Source of the DNA: Octopus sinensis
Taxonomy: Eukaryota
Direction of reading: 5' to 3'
NCBI RefSeq assembly: GCF_006345805.1
Contig: NC_043000.1
Coordinates: 47,120,001-47,184,000, forward strand
DNA length: 64,000 bases
In this document: positions 51,685 through 64,000 of the stretch, piece by piece
Layout: each line of letters opens with the position of its first letter
Numbering within the stretch: position 1 is the first letter of the stretch
Notes under the pieces: model-generated
What the model was told of the DNA's origin: nothing
The model's database searches: none
Seen by the model: only the letters and a program-made list of their open reading frames with translations
Made by a program: the position numbers and the translations under genes

Positions 51685-51916
51685 TATTTCTATATTGCCC
51701 ACAATGGGCTAAACATAGAGGGGACAAACAAGGACAGACAAATGGATTAAGTCGATTACATCGACTCCAGTGCGTAACTGGTGCTTAATTTATCGACCCC
51801 GAAAGGGTGAAAGGCAAAGTCAACCTTGGCGGAATTTGAACTCAGAATAAAGCGGCGGGCGAAATGCCACAAAGCATTTTGCCCGGCGTGCGAACGTTTC
51901 TGCCAGCTTACCGCCT
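51685..51916 (-). mobile_element. SINE family A, tail A2, perfect 18-bp TSD
   Basis: TSD tccaggcataatgtttct at 51667-51684 and 51917-51934. Confidence 0.92.
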
Positions 51917-51934
51917 TCCAGGCATAATGTTTCT

Positions 51935-53250
51935 GTAAGCAAAGCACACTCGGAAAATGTCTCCACTGCTGCTGAATTTGTATCCAATTCTACACTGCAT
52001 ACACTGCTTGTTCCAAAAATATCATCTTCACCATAAGATTCATTATGACAAGCATATTTACATCAAGTGATAAAATGCTTTTCTTGCTTGAAACCATCAT
52101 TGGAACCGGTTATCAGAATATCGTTTATCTTCTAAAACAATGAGCTCCAAATCTAGCTCATGAACTCACTAAATGCTTCAATCTCGCTCTCCCGCCTCTT
52201 TCTCTCTCTCTCTCTCTCTCTGGATATAATTTGATCTTCAGCGTTTCCCCACTCTATAAAAGAGCAACCGCTCTGACACTGCAGCTTCCTGACCAAGATC
52301 CATTCTTCTATGTAACTCACTGGTGAACTTTTGCCCTTGAAAAATTTGGTGAAAGCAGAGTTGTTGTCCTCGACAACAGTAAAACCTTTGGCCGTATGAG
52401 GTATACGAATTTGTTGTCAAGACTACCCCCATATGGGTGCCATATGTCTCTCAACTCTTCATTTAGCAGCAGCTTCCTACCAAATCACCAGTAGCGACGC
52501 GTGTAGGTGGTACTCGTTTTGGACCCTACTCTATCCAGTTTTCCATTTTGTTTTCAACGCTCTTCACTGGTACGCTAACGACCTATTAACCGTCAGCTCC
52601 AGTAATATCCAGTCCTACATGGTACATGATAACAATATTTATTCCTTCCTAATCTTCTACAGCTAAGCAGCTTCCACATTTAGGTGGACACCTTCTGCCG
52701 ATTCTGTACTGCCCCCATGAACAGAAATATCGAAAGAACCTAACAGTGAGGATAGTAGTCTCATTTCTTTTGACATCCACAAAAACATGACAACAATAAT
52801 CAGAGAATATATAAATCTTAATGCATCTCACATTGACGTTAAGCTACACTTCTGCGGACAGCTTCAAGTGCTATAGGCTTCATTATCACTGTGGAACACT
52901 TCTGAAAAACACTCATGCTTAACACCCAAAGGCTCTTTTCCATTAGAGCTAGAAAACACTTTAGCTCTCAAGAACTAATAAATTTTCTACAGAGCTAGAC
53001 TGAGACCAACATGTAGTACATTGCTGCTGTTGAAGTCACAAAGACACCCTAGACCACATTCTGCATTCTGTATCGGAAGAAGTATTTTAGGTTTAGTTCA
53101 GAATTATCACTAAGGAGAACAAAATCAGGTCGAAACCCATCTGCGAACCATTGATGTCCTCAGCTACACTGTGTTTTCAATATACGAGTATCTTTGAGAA
53201 TTTTCTCTGCGACAAAATATTACAGCTAATGCCAGTCCTCGTTTGTATGT
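51935..53250 (+). mobile_element. Degraded LINE RT remnant, same family as 25660-27370
   Basis: LLKQ*APNLAHELTKCFNL, GESRVVVLDNSKTFGRM..LLSRLPPYG, NDLLTVSSSNIQSY. Confidence 0.7.
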
Positions 53251-54047
53251 AGTTTATAAATTTTATGCACGCGGTGTTTTATTCCACGACTATTTTAACT
53301 GCATTTTTCTCACTTAAAGATATTTTTAAAAGTTCTGTTGTATGAAATTCAATTTTCTTCAATGACTATAATCATTATATGTGATATGCATCGTTTGCAC
53401 TTAGAGATATAAAGTTTTATTCTTCATCCCAGCTCCCGAAACAGTTTGGCGCAGTTCCCTGCTGCAAAACGGGAATAAGGACAAATTACCAGCATGAGAA
53501 TTGAACTCCAAATACATTAGAACGTTGTCTAGAATAATATCTGCTTGATTACTACATTGGTCTCTGAAAATTATAGCTTCTGAAAAAATTTTAATTCTGC
53601 GTGTGTTCGTACATTTGAGACGGTAATTTTGATATCAAGTTATTTTATTCAACTCAGACTGACATACGGAAATGACAGATAAAAATGAAAAATTAAATTA
53701 TGAAATCTAATACTCAACATACTGTTTATTCTTTTTATTATTTATTTCTATCAACTTTTCTCCCCCTGTCCTTTCAAAGAATCATCTAACTTTATTCAAA
53801 GACGATATCAATTCAGAGAAAAGATACGATACAACAAAATATTTAAACTTTTATTTTCGAGTTTACCATAGTTCTTAGGCAAACTTACTGTTGGAATACA
53901 TTTTCAGAATATGTAACTAATTGCAATACAATAATAAAGATTTCACTTTTTATCTTTTGATAAAATACAGCCATATAATTTTTTTAATCTTTAGAAAAAA
54001 TGTTACTTTTTTGACACAATATTTAACCTTTTTTTATCGTTTTAAAA

Positions 54048-54049
<2 letters not shown>

Positions 54050-54117
<68 letters not shown>

Positions 54118-54212
54118 TGTTAATTTTATTTAGAAAGATATTCTCTAGAATATTAGAATATCTATAATAGCAAAGGTTTCTACAGCTGTAGAAATGATAT
54201 ACACACATATCT

Positions 54213-54281
<69 letters not shown>

Positions 54282-54649
54282 TGTATGTATGTATTTATGT
54301 ATGTATGTATATATATGTATGTATTTATGCATATATATATATATGTATGTATGCATGTATATATGTATGGGTATATGTAAATATATATATATATAAATAT
54401 ATATACGTGTGTATGCATGTATATTTATATATATATACATATATATTTGTATATATATATGTGTATATATCTGTATGTATGTATGTATATGTATATATGC
54501 ATATACATATATGTATATATGTATAAACATATATTTAATGTATGTTTTGGCTTATGAATGCATATGCATGCATATATATTTATAGAGAGTTAGATATAAA
54601 CACCTACATATCTACAAACACACTTATCTGACTATACATGTATATATAT

Positions 54650-54710
<61 letters not shown>

Positions 54711-54800
54711 AATATATATGTATGTATGTATATATATGTATGTATGTATATATATGTATGTATATGTATATATATATATATATATATGTATATTCAAATG
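54050..54800. repeat. (ATT)n tract followed by a long compound (TA)n/(TATG)n field
   Basis: Directly visible. Similar fields at 35250-35560, 44380-44480, 44980-45300, 50355-50560 and 61905-62210. Confidence 0.93.
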
Positions 54801-57800
54801 GTAATTTCTTGGTTACAAATGCTGGAATTGTTTTGTTGAGTTGTCTGTATATAATTAAATTTATCTCAATTTAAGCTTTATTTTTAGTAAGTTTGCTCAA
54901 AGATAGAACATAATTCCATCTTTGTGTACGTAATCAGCATACTTTTAAGATAAATTATTTCCTGTCATTTTATTCTGTATTTGAAGACACTATTTTTCGT
55001 TTGTTTTGTTTTTGAATTTTTTCTTCCTTTTAAATTCTATTTTCTTTCTCTTTTTCTTTTTTTTTCCAGTTTTGCTCTGAGCAATTGGAACAGAAGCACA
55101 AATCTATTTATCTGTCTTAGACTGAAAATAGGAACAATAAAACTGAGTGAGTATTAGACAGTTAGAAAGAGATGTAGAGTAGCAAAATTGAAAGAGAGAT
55201 TAGAGAGAAAACTGATAAATAGTAAAATGTGCTTCCAACCATCCATCTACCCATTCATCTATGCATCCATCTATCTATCCAACAAGCCAGCCAGCCAACC
55301 ATCCAACATACCAGCCAACCAACAGTCCACCATTTTATGTATGTACATTTTATTACATATTTTTCTTTTGAATTCCACAGATAGAGCTAAAGAAAAGGTA
55401 TATTCAATGCAATAATAAGATTACATTACGCTACTTAGTTGAACCTTTCCTGTCTCTGAACAACCTGAGGTTTTAGACGTTCTACTTAACAATATTTCTT
55501 TCTTTTGTATTTGTTTTTACTTTTATTTGAGGTAAAATGTAGATACAAAAATGACTATGAAACAGAACCTGCAGCATTGAGAGTAAATCACAGAAATAGG
55601 ACTTTTATAAATGTAGGAGAAAAAATAAAGCTCAGAAATCTTTGCAGTAACTATAGTTAGTAAGAAGCATCGACCAAATGCAATGATATATAAGTATAGT
55701 TAAAACGAAGAGACACTTAAAAATAAAATCAAGGCATATACTGAAATAAATACATAAAATAATTCGATATCTTTTCTGGACACGATCTTATTTCTAGCAG
55801 TCAGACATTCATATATATATATGGGCACGTGACGCCTTTATCAGCGGAAAAGCAAAGAGAGCCGCATGTAGATTTTTACTGCTTACGTATCCCATGGTGT
55901 TTTGAAAGCGGTGATATAATGTAACAGTTGAAACATAAACATCAGAAACACTTTTGATTTGTTTTGTAAAAGATTTCAAAAGATTACTTGATACCCTGAT
56001 ATAAATAAGAAAATATGCATAAATACTTGTATATAATATAAATATTGTAAGTGAATGTATATGATGGTATATGTGTGCGTATTATAACCTTCCCTCTGAT
56101 GTCTTTTTGCTGGCACATTTGGATACTTTTAGGAGTTTAAAGATTTAAATATAATTTATCAGTTGGCTGGACGAAATCAGTGTGGATCAGGCATTTGGAC
56201 GAGATAAACGAATTATTTGCAGTAGTTTCATATGTGTCTCGTTTAACGATTTCTTTTTGCGCAGGCACTAAGCCAACATTGTACAGGAAAAGAAGAAAAA
56301 GGATTTGTATATATATGAATGAATTGACCTACAATACCTTGCTGAATTTTATTACTTATTAATCCTGGAATCTTGGATGTTGCGCTGCGGATAAAATAGC
56401 GTTACAAATATTCATGGCAGGAATTTACTTACGCCCTTTTTTGTTCTGAGTTCAAATCCTACTGGAGTCGACTTTGGTTTATGTTTTTCGAGTCAAGTAG
56501 TAGAAACGATAAAATCAACTAAAGCATCACACCGAATGTGTAACATAGAGCCTCTGTTAGAAATCATACATGCAGACTTTATTTACGATCCTTTACGGCT
56601 GGTGTTCAAATCTCATCGAGGTCAACTTTATCTTTCATTGTTGGTGACAATAAAGTAAGTAGCAGTTAAGTATTGAACTGATGTAATCAAGATTTTTTCC
56701 ACCCGAACATTTCAATCAATATAAGAAACTGAGATTTATGGCAGTAGTTGAATATAGAATAAATATACATTAAATTTTTAAATAATGTGAAGCTTTTATT
56801 CACTTTTCCCCTTTGATCCGAGTTCATTAAGAGTGAATTAATTCTAGAGTAACAGTACCATACTACTGTCTGAAACGATAAAATTGAAGTTGGAAAATCC
56901 CAGACCAGCACAAGCAGAAACTGCCTTAAAGACGTAAGGCTGTTGCGGGTCATGTAGTGACAGAAAACACGTAGAATACGAAATACAAATTTCAGATCAC
57001 AAAAGTTTGCACTTATATAATTCTCATGCGTTAACAAACTACAAAAATGAAGATGGCTAACGTGCTATTCCTCAGCGGAGTCTGAAGCGATATTAATGGA
57101 GTTCCAGATATGATGCATTTGGGGATCTTGAAGTCCCAAACCTTTCACAGATTCTGGTTTGAAAATGCAAAATAATGTGGTGGTCGAAATGCAATAGCAA
57201 AACCAACCGCTTGCGAACATTCTGTCTCAAAGAGAATAATAAAGTCTTGAGCGACACCCCTTGCAGCTACCAGTATTTCATTTGTAGTTACATCTAAATC
57301 ACAACAAAATAGGCAGTAGAAAAACCAACACCAACAACAGTCGGGGAAAATAGGAGCTTCATCAACAGCAAACTGAAATGCCTCCGTTCCGAAAAAAAAA
57401 GGCTTTCAACTAGATACAAGCATGTAAGAACAAGTTTAAACACACAAGGAAACAACTTTGACACATTCCAATACATCAAATGAAGAAGTTAACATGTGTG
57501 GCAGCGAACAGTCGGAGAAATTATAGAAATAAAAAGGATCGACAAAGAGGAATAGATGTGAGACAAAAGACGTCTTCGTGGAGCTGCACAAAAGTTTTGC
57601 CACTCGAATATCAAAATAAATAAAACAAAAGACCGTAACTAAAAAGGACACCACCACTTCTCCAGCAACGACAACAAAAGGAACAACAACAACGACACCA
57701 CCAGCAGCTTGAATTAAAAACCACCATCCTTCCGTATAAATATGTACTCTATACACTTTTTAGCAAGTGCAGATCGAATAAATTGACACTGCTAATTCTC

Positions 57801-58126
57801 TACGGCCTAGGTTTACAGTTAAGCGAAATTTTCCTAGATGTGGATAATAGTGGTAGTTCTGGATACAAGCAGCATTGGAGGAAAAAAATAATTTTCGAGT
57901 GCGACTGTTTACGTTAAATAGGAACTGGAATACTGAATTCCTTTTGACGTCTAAGAACATTCCGCAGAACATCTCGTTCACTAGTGTTACTAGTGTTACC
58001 GCAGGGGAATGTGCAAAAGCAGCGATATGAAACAAGTCAAATCAAACTCGGAATTTGCTCAGGCAGTTCCAATTTAATGATAACCATCACCTTGGTTTCT
58101 GGATTTCGCAATTTTAAATCGGACAA

Positions 58127-58335
58127 GACGGCAAGCTGACAGAATAGTTAACACGTCGGGAAAATTCCTTTGCACCGTTTCGTCTGTTTTCTAGGTTCAA
58201 ATTCCGCCAAAGTATAGTTTTCCTTTCATCCTTTTCGGGATCGAAAATGTAAGTACCAGTTGCACACTGGGATAGATTAATCGACTTATCCATTAACCCG
58301 AACTTGCTGGCGTTGTACCAAAATTTAAAACCAAT
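58127..58335 (+). mobile_element. SINE family A, tail A1
   Basis: gcaagctgacagaatagttaacacg...ggttcaaattccgcc...aaaatttaaaaccaatatt. Confidence 0.82.
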
Positions 58336-59633
58336 ATTAAATCGGATAAACTCATAGATGAATATTTAAGTTGTACTTATTTTCCATCAAGCTAACTGAT
58401 AGGGATAATGGAAATTGTCTACAGTTTCGGGCATACGCTACAAAAACTACATATTCATGATCTCTATACTAAACGTAGGTCCGGATACTGTAAGCTGAAC
58501 ACACTTACACGTAGGGAAAATTTAAGAGACCTGATTACCATATGAAATAAACTCGAAGTCATGGGTGAAATTATTGATACAAAGTACTTCTCACACAAAA
58601 ATGAAAAAGGAAATAAACAAAATGTGAACAATGGCGGTGCCCCAGCATGGCCACAGCTCATGAGCTGAAACTGGAAAAATCAAAAATCAAATTAATAGTT
58701 AGAGGAACTTCTGGTTAATCCTTTTGACAAAAATAAAGAAAAAAGAAAAAAAAAAGAAACACATCGCATACTACGTGCTTTCAGTGAAAATGGTGCTTAA
58801 TCACCTTTCTTGACATGAAGAAAGAAGAGATGTTTATGCTACAGCGTTCCTTCTTAAGCACAATAAATCGAAATCCACTTCATGGGCCCAGATGGCAGAT
58901 ATGCAGTGAAGTAACAAAAGCACACTTCATTATATGACGGCCCACAACTAGGGCATGTAATCTTATCCCAGTCAAATGTGTACTGTTATTTCAGAAACAG
59001 TTTTCTTAACTGATCACTAGAAATGACGTATTGGGAACGGCGGTCTACGATGTTTGTATCTCGGTCATCTGCCGCTAACCAAGCTGAATATCGCTCGAAT
59101 TCGCTCATCATTCAATCGTATGTGTCAGAAACCCCATCTGATGCGGTTGAAACGTTACAAAATAGCAATTTGTTGCAAGTGGTGACCTCATATGTATAGC
59201 ACCTTCTGTATCACAGAGATGAAATACAGGTACAGAGGGATGTAATGCTTTTCAGTCAAATTTATGGCATATGTGCAGGATCGACAAAATCAGTCTGACT
59301 TACATTATCTATGGAGCTATTTTTTGGTGGGCGGAACTGGAAGATACATATGAGTGTGTCAGGCTAATTCAGTGTTTTACATAGCGTAACCTCTAAATGT
59401 TGTATATGGTTGTCTACACTTGTATAGATTCTTTCTTACTATTTTGCTGATCTTTATTAGCGCTGTTACCTTTTAATAATTATTTTTCTATGTCTCTATA
59501 TTATTAAGTATTAATCACGCACTTTTCCATGATGCAGATCCTACAGTGTTTTACTTGTCTTTTTTGAGTTTGTTATTGTTCTATCCTCAACGTGTTCGGT
59601 TCTGTAGTCAAATAAATCACTATTATTATTATT

Positions 59634-60153
59634 GAGTGAGAGAGTAGGGCAAGCCATCAAAGTGACACTGGGGTAAAGTATACGAAACACAGTATACCAA
59701 TCATGACTACCTGTCTGATAAGGGTACACCAGGAACATGCATCACAACTATATGTGCGCGACATGGTGATCTCATATCAAGATAAACAGCGCATGACCTT
59801 GCAGATGGAGCCCAGTTAGAGCAGCCCATCCCGCTCAAAAGGTTCTTGAACGAAACACCCATGTTTCCAGAGGTGAATTATCCAAACCCCAAAGAATTCC
59901 TTTCAACACATAGCTATGATGCTCCTCCACTACTTCTGTTCATGATCAGAGATGCACATATCGTCAGCCACTAAGGGACATGCTCAACTGGTTATGGTCA
60001 AACAACTGACAAATAAATCTGTGGTATTGAGCAAAGTATTTGCTGTAGCCCATATTTTACACCAAAACAAAACAAAACAATGTACATGATAACATTTCCA
60101 ATCAGTTAAGATGAGAAACCATGACAGCCACTGCCTGGTACTGCATCAGGTCA
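59634..60153. mobile_element. ~520-bp non-coding element embedded in an (ATT)n tract (family unassigned)
   Basis: Complex, relatively GC-richer sequence bounded by (TAT)n at 59621-59633 and (ATT)n from 60153. No ORF, no tRNA head, no TIR. Confidence 0.55.
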
Positions 60154-60187
60154 TTATTAATATTATTTATTATTATTATTATTAATG

Positions 60188-60219
<32 letters not shown>

Positions 60220-60221
60220 AT

Positions 60222-60284
<63 letters not shown>

Positions 60285-60299
60285 TTAACACGGTGCCCA

Positions 60300-60550
60300 C
60301 CATGTCGTCTCATAAAGTTTCTCTCGATAACCTAATTGTAGCAGATACTTTTGCCAAGATAAGCAGATATATCATTATTACGCTGTTTCGTGTAGTGAAT
60401 GCCTCAGAGCAACAGATATCCTCACTGCGAGCTGATTTAGTTGACAGTTTTAATAGCACGTTGGTATCAATTAGTTTTAGTTATATCGCTAATAATGCTG
60501 AAAAGAGCCTTACCTCAAGGATTCTCTTTATCTTCTTTTCTAAACGTCTA
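60300..60550 (-). repeat. Unclassified repeat X, copy 1
   Basis: Reverse complement gtgctattaaaactgtcaact...ctctgaggcattcactaca matches 63383-63450. Confidence 0.75.
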
Positions 60551-60957
60551 ACTAGAAGCTTAAGTTTGGAAAGCATTATTGCATATCTTTATAAAAAGAA
60601 TAGCAAGGGATATGCCCCTCGTAACTACATAATTGTATTAATATTATCCCAAATAAGAAAAATCTTGATCAGTAGCTCTTATCTTGATCAGCGTTTGTTA
60701 AACGTCTTTTCAAAGAATAGCGTTTAACAAATGCCCCATCCACATCTTTTACTATTTTACTCATTTCAACCATTTTATGGCAGTCTTACCGGGGTAATGC
60801 TTTTATAGGATATTTGATAAAAATACAACCCCTTAGCACAATTATCTTCTATTTATTGTTTTATCGGTTTCAGGTAACTAGACTGCGACTCTGCTGGAGC
60901 ATCGCTTTCAAGAGATTTAGTCGGTCAAATCGACGCCAGTAGTTGTTTCAGTGTAGT

Positions 60958-61258
60958 TTAGTGGTTGAGGTATTCGTTTGGTCGCGAGTTTGATTCCTAC
61001 CGGTTCATTGTGTCCTTGAGAATGACATTACATTTAACGTAGCTGCAGTTCACTCGGCTGGCAAAAATCAGAAATACATATATTTCAAAAGGCTAGCTCT
61101 GTCACATTCTGTGTCACGCTGAATATCCTTAAGAACAAAGGCAAGGGTTCCCGTGTCTGTGGAGTGCTCAGCCACTTGCTAGTTAATTTCAACGAACAGG
61201 CTGTTCCGTCGATCGGATCAACTGGAACACTCATCGTCGTAACCGACGAAGTACTAAA
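60958..61258 (+). mobile_element. tRNA-derived SINE family E (D-like head and centre, different tail)
   Basis: tagtggttgagg...gagtttgattcc...gtgtccttgag, tail gtgtctgtggagtgctcagccactt...cgtcgtaaccgacg. Confidence 0.78.
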
Positions 61259-61759
61259 TAATTTATTTCAACGTTCTCTCTTTGTACAACGACTAAGATA
61301 AAGATATAAAGAACAACAACAATATGTAAATGCATAGGCACACTGGCACATGTTGCCATTACCATTTTCTCTACCCATGTCTCGTTCCTGGCTCATAACC
61401 GGAAATTTGCCTGCAACCTGATGATGACGTTGGCATCACTGACGGATTTTGTTCTACAACTTAATTGCAGCCATATATTTAGCCTAGTCGGAACTATTTT
61501 ATGGCTCTAGCATACAAATAAACTGTAATACCATTTGTAGTCCTTCTTTATTCAAATTAGTGCGATTACTTGTGCGTCTCTCTACAGAAATATCATGGTA
61601 ATGTGTATAAATGTATATGTGGTTCGTGTACTTTTGTTTTAAATTATCCCACTATATGTAAATTATTTGTGATCTTATCTCACTATTTCATTTACCAGTG
61701 TATAACTCTATAAATAAATCTTAACTTTTTTCCAACTGATTGTGAGTGTGTATACATCT

Positions 61760-61903
61760 GCTTTTCTTATCGTAGTAGGACGTCTGTTTTGATGTTCAGT
61801 TTACAATCCGGGGCAGCTGGTTTTTGTTCTAAAATCCGCAAAAAAATACGAAGTTCAGAACTCAACTGCCTCCAAGGGTTCCAGATAAAGGATTGTGTAC
61901 CTG
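61760..61903 (-). mobile_element. Single end of a pogo/Tigger-like MITE
   Basis: Minus strand TA-CAGGTACACAATCCTTTATCTGGAA terminus against a (TACA)n tract. Partner TIR not found. Confidence 0.45.
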
Positions 61904-62004
61904 TATACATACATACGTACATACATACATACATACATACATACATACATGCATGCATACATGCATGCATGCATGCATACATACATACATACATACATAT
62001 ACAT

Positions 62005-62045
<41 letters not shown>

Positions 62046-62064
62046 TATAGATATACATGTACAT

Positions 62065-62111
<47 letters not shown>

Positions 62112-62130
62112 TATAGATATACATGCATAC

Positions 62131-62166
<36 letters not shown>

Positions 62167-62363
62167 CACACACACACACACACACACACACAAACGCACA
62201 CACACACATCATTTCTTTGATATTGAGTTCTAGAGTGAATATATTATTCATAAATAAGATTGAAGTTAAGGAATAAGGGAGAATTGTTCCGTTACTAGCC
62301 TGCATTTTTCTGTAAATAATATTCCGTTATATAATTCCTGCAAAGTTTCATGGAAGTTTTCGT

Positions 62364-62573
62364 TTAAGGCCATATCTGGCCCAAATATTCTACATGTTTT
62401 ATATTCAAACTGGCAATATCTAGCCTCTCACACCTAACCTACAATGTCATTCTAAATATAAACAATCGCATCATTGAAACCTCAAAGCTATAAGATAATG
62501 CATGATTAATTCAAAACAATTTGAGTGAAAAAGTATTACATTTAACAGAGTAATCTGAACGCTAAAGGGTTAA
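62364..62573. mobile_element. piggyBac-type MITE remnant
   Basis: Right end gctaaaGGG-TTAA is intact. The left end is degraded (ttaaggccatatc). Confidence 0.45.
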
Positions 62574-62924
62574 AATAGGTGCACACCCTGTATTTATGTA
62601 ACCAACATAATTACTTCTCTATGTAGAGGAAGATACTTGGTTCACGTGTTTCATTTCTATTTTAATACCTATGTCGAAAGCGTTGATTATTGTAAATAAT
62701 TGTATAATTATGTATGATCTACTGACACACTTAAATAACATTTGTAAAATAAATGTGCAGCATCATATTGATAATGCCTATTTTATTCGGGACGATAAAG
62801 ATGCTTTGTCCAGCAGAGATCTTATCACTGAAATTTAGTATCTATTTGGACACTACTTATATCAATACCATTTCAAAACTACAAAACATTGATAGTTAAA
62901 TATGTGTATTTAGTTACACATTTA

Positions 62925-63530
62925 TGAAGGAAGAGAAGGAGAGAGCCTGATGAGTAGCCGTTTTCAACGGTATCTCTCTATATATAAACGGCAGTTTGTC
63001 TGTGCGTGTTTCTGTGTGTCTGTTTGCTTGTACCCTCACCCTGACCACGGCTTTCAACCGATTCTGATGAAACTTGACACACACATAGCCCAATGTCATA
63101 ATTCAAAACTAACGCAGCGAAAATTTTGAAAAGTTCCCCCAGTTCTGAAAAAAATCGATAAAATCGACATGGGGTCGAGAATCAGAAACAAACCACAGAA
63201 CAAACCACTGTCTAGGGGACGCAACTCAACCTTTTGTAACTAAAAAAAAATTTACCATCATTTTTTTGCTATTTTTTGGCTATAACTCTCTAAAAATGCT
63301 TTATAGTTATTTCCCTTACAAACCTGAGCAACGCCGGGCGATACTGCTAGTTAGCTATATAACTGAATGAATTCATTTCCTAGTGCTATTGAAACTGTCA
63401 ACTGAAACAGCTCACTGAGAAATTATGTTACTCTCAGGCATTCACTACAACAAACATAATGATTAAGCAGGGATATACCTGATATCTTAGAGAATGCGAT
63501 TAAGTTGTGAGACGAGCTGGGCATTGTGTT
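62925..63530 (+). repeat. Unclassified repeat X, copy 2, interrupted by a Helitron
   Basis: Homologous to 60300-60550 on both sides of 62973-63350. Confidence 0.7.
62973..63350 (+). mobile_element. Non-autonomous Helitron
   Basis: A|TC...CTAG|T ends, subterminal hairpin cctgagcaacgccggg, no TSD. A paralogous empty site lies at 60492/60493. Confidence 0.88.
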
Positions 63531-63547
63531 AACGATAATGATGAGTA

Positions 63548-63762
63548 AGGTGGTGAGCTGGCAGAATCGTTATCACGCCGGGCAAAACGCTTTGCAGTAT
63601 TTCGCCCGTCTTACAGTTCTGAGTTCAAATTCCGCCGAAGTCGACTTTGCCTTTCATCCTTTCGGTGATTGGTAAAATAAGTACCTGCTGAACACTGGGG
63701 TCAATGTAATCGACTTAACCCCCTCCCCAGAAACTGATAGCCTTGTGCCAAAATTTGAAATC
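63548..63762 (+). mobile_element. SINE family A, tail A1, followed by (AAT)n at 63763-63861
   Basis: aggtggtgagctggcagaatcg...ctgagttcaaattccgccgaagtcgactttg...gtgccaaaatttgaaatc(aat)n. Confidence 0.9.
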
Positions 63763-63812
63763 AATAATAATAATAATAATATAATAATATAATAATAATA
63801 ATAATAGTAGTA

Positions 63813-63861
<49 letters not shown>

Positions 63862-63862
<1 letters not shown>

Positions 63863-64000
63863 TGGTTGGAAGCACTCCGTCGGTTACGACGACGAGGGTT
63901 CCGGTTGATCCGATCAACGGAACAGCCAGCTCGTGAAATTAACGTGTAAGTGGCTGAGCACTCCACAGACACGTGTACCCTTAACGTAGTTCTCGGGGAT
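63862..64000 (-). mobile_element. SINE family E tail (continues beyond the window)
   Basis: Reverse-complement match to ~61120-61255. Confidence 0.85.

Noticed and set aside
57290-58050. Lys/Arg-rich broken frames that might be a Penelope N-terminal remnant
   Set aside because: No diagnostic motif found, so it cannot be assigned by eye.
59135-59160. CTGATGC...GAAACGTTA hammerhead-like string (similar near-misses at 15280, 23600 and 61418)
   Set aside because: The core is incomplete and no stem I or II can be paired.
59022-59198. 58-codon ORF MTYWERRSTMF... after an ag acceptor-like site
   Set aside because: Short, with no homology or splice-donor support.
60185-60727. 180-aa ORF
   Set aside because: It starts in (ATT)n/(GTA)n, overlaps dispersed repeat X and has no recognisable domain. 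A rough stop-frequency estimate makes one frame of this length unremarkable in 64 kb.
62945-62972. CTGATGAG followed by a hairpin, suggesting a hammerhead
   Set aside because: There is no GAAA even after removing the Helitron, and the paralogous repeat X copy lacks the motif.

Overview
AT-rich, microsatellite-dense animal genomic DNA. The SINE families and repeat style suggest a cephalopod, probably Octopus (inference). I cannot support any intact host protein-coding gene, tRNA or rRNA gene; the window reads as intronic or intergenic sequence built from mobile elements. It holds a near-full-length R4/Dong-clade (restriction-like endonuclease) retrotransposon with three small lesions beside a (TAA)n tract, plus older R4, Tx1, CR1/L2-group and Penelope-like remnants. 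DNA transposons include two full-length Tc1 copies (one IR/DR type nested inside a SINE), Tigger, mariner, hAT and piggyBac-type derivatives, and two non-autonomous Helitrons. There are also many tRNA-derived SINEs with interchangeable 3' tails. The most notable unannotated signal is seven minimal hammerhead-ribozyme-like motifs, most with palindromic stem III (the Penelope/retrozyme type). One sits at the junction of a ~520-nt tandem unit, two form an inverted pair, and two share an A6U core change. All alignments and translations were done by eye, so coordinates of degraded elements are approximate.
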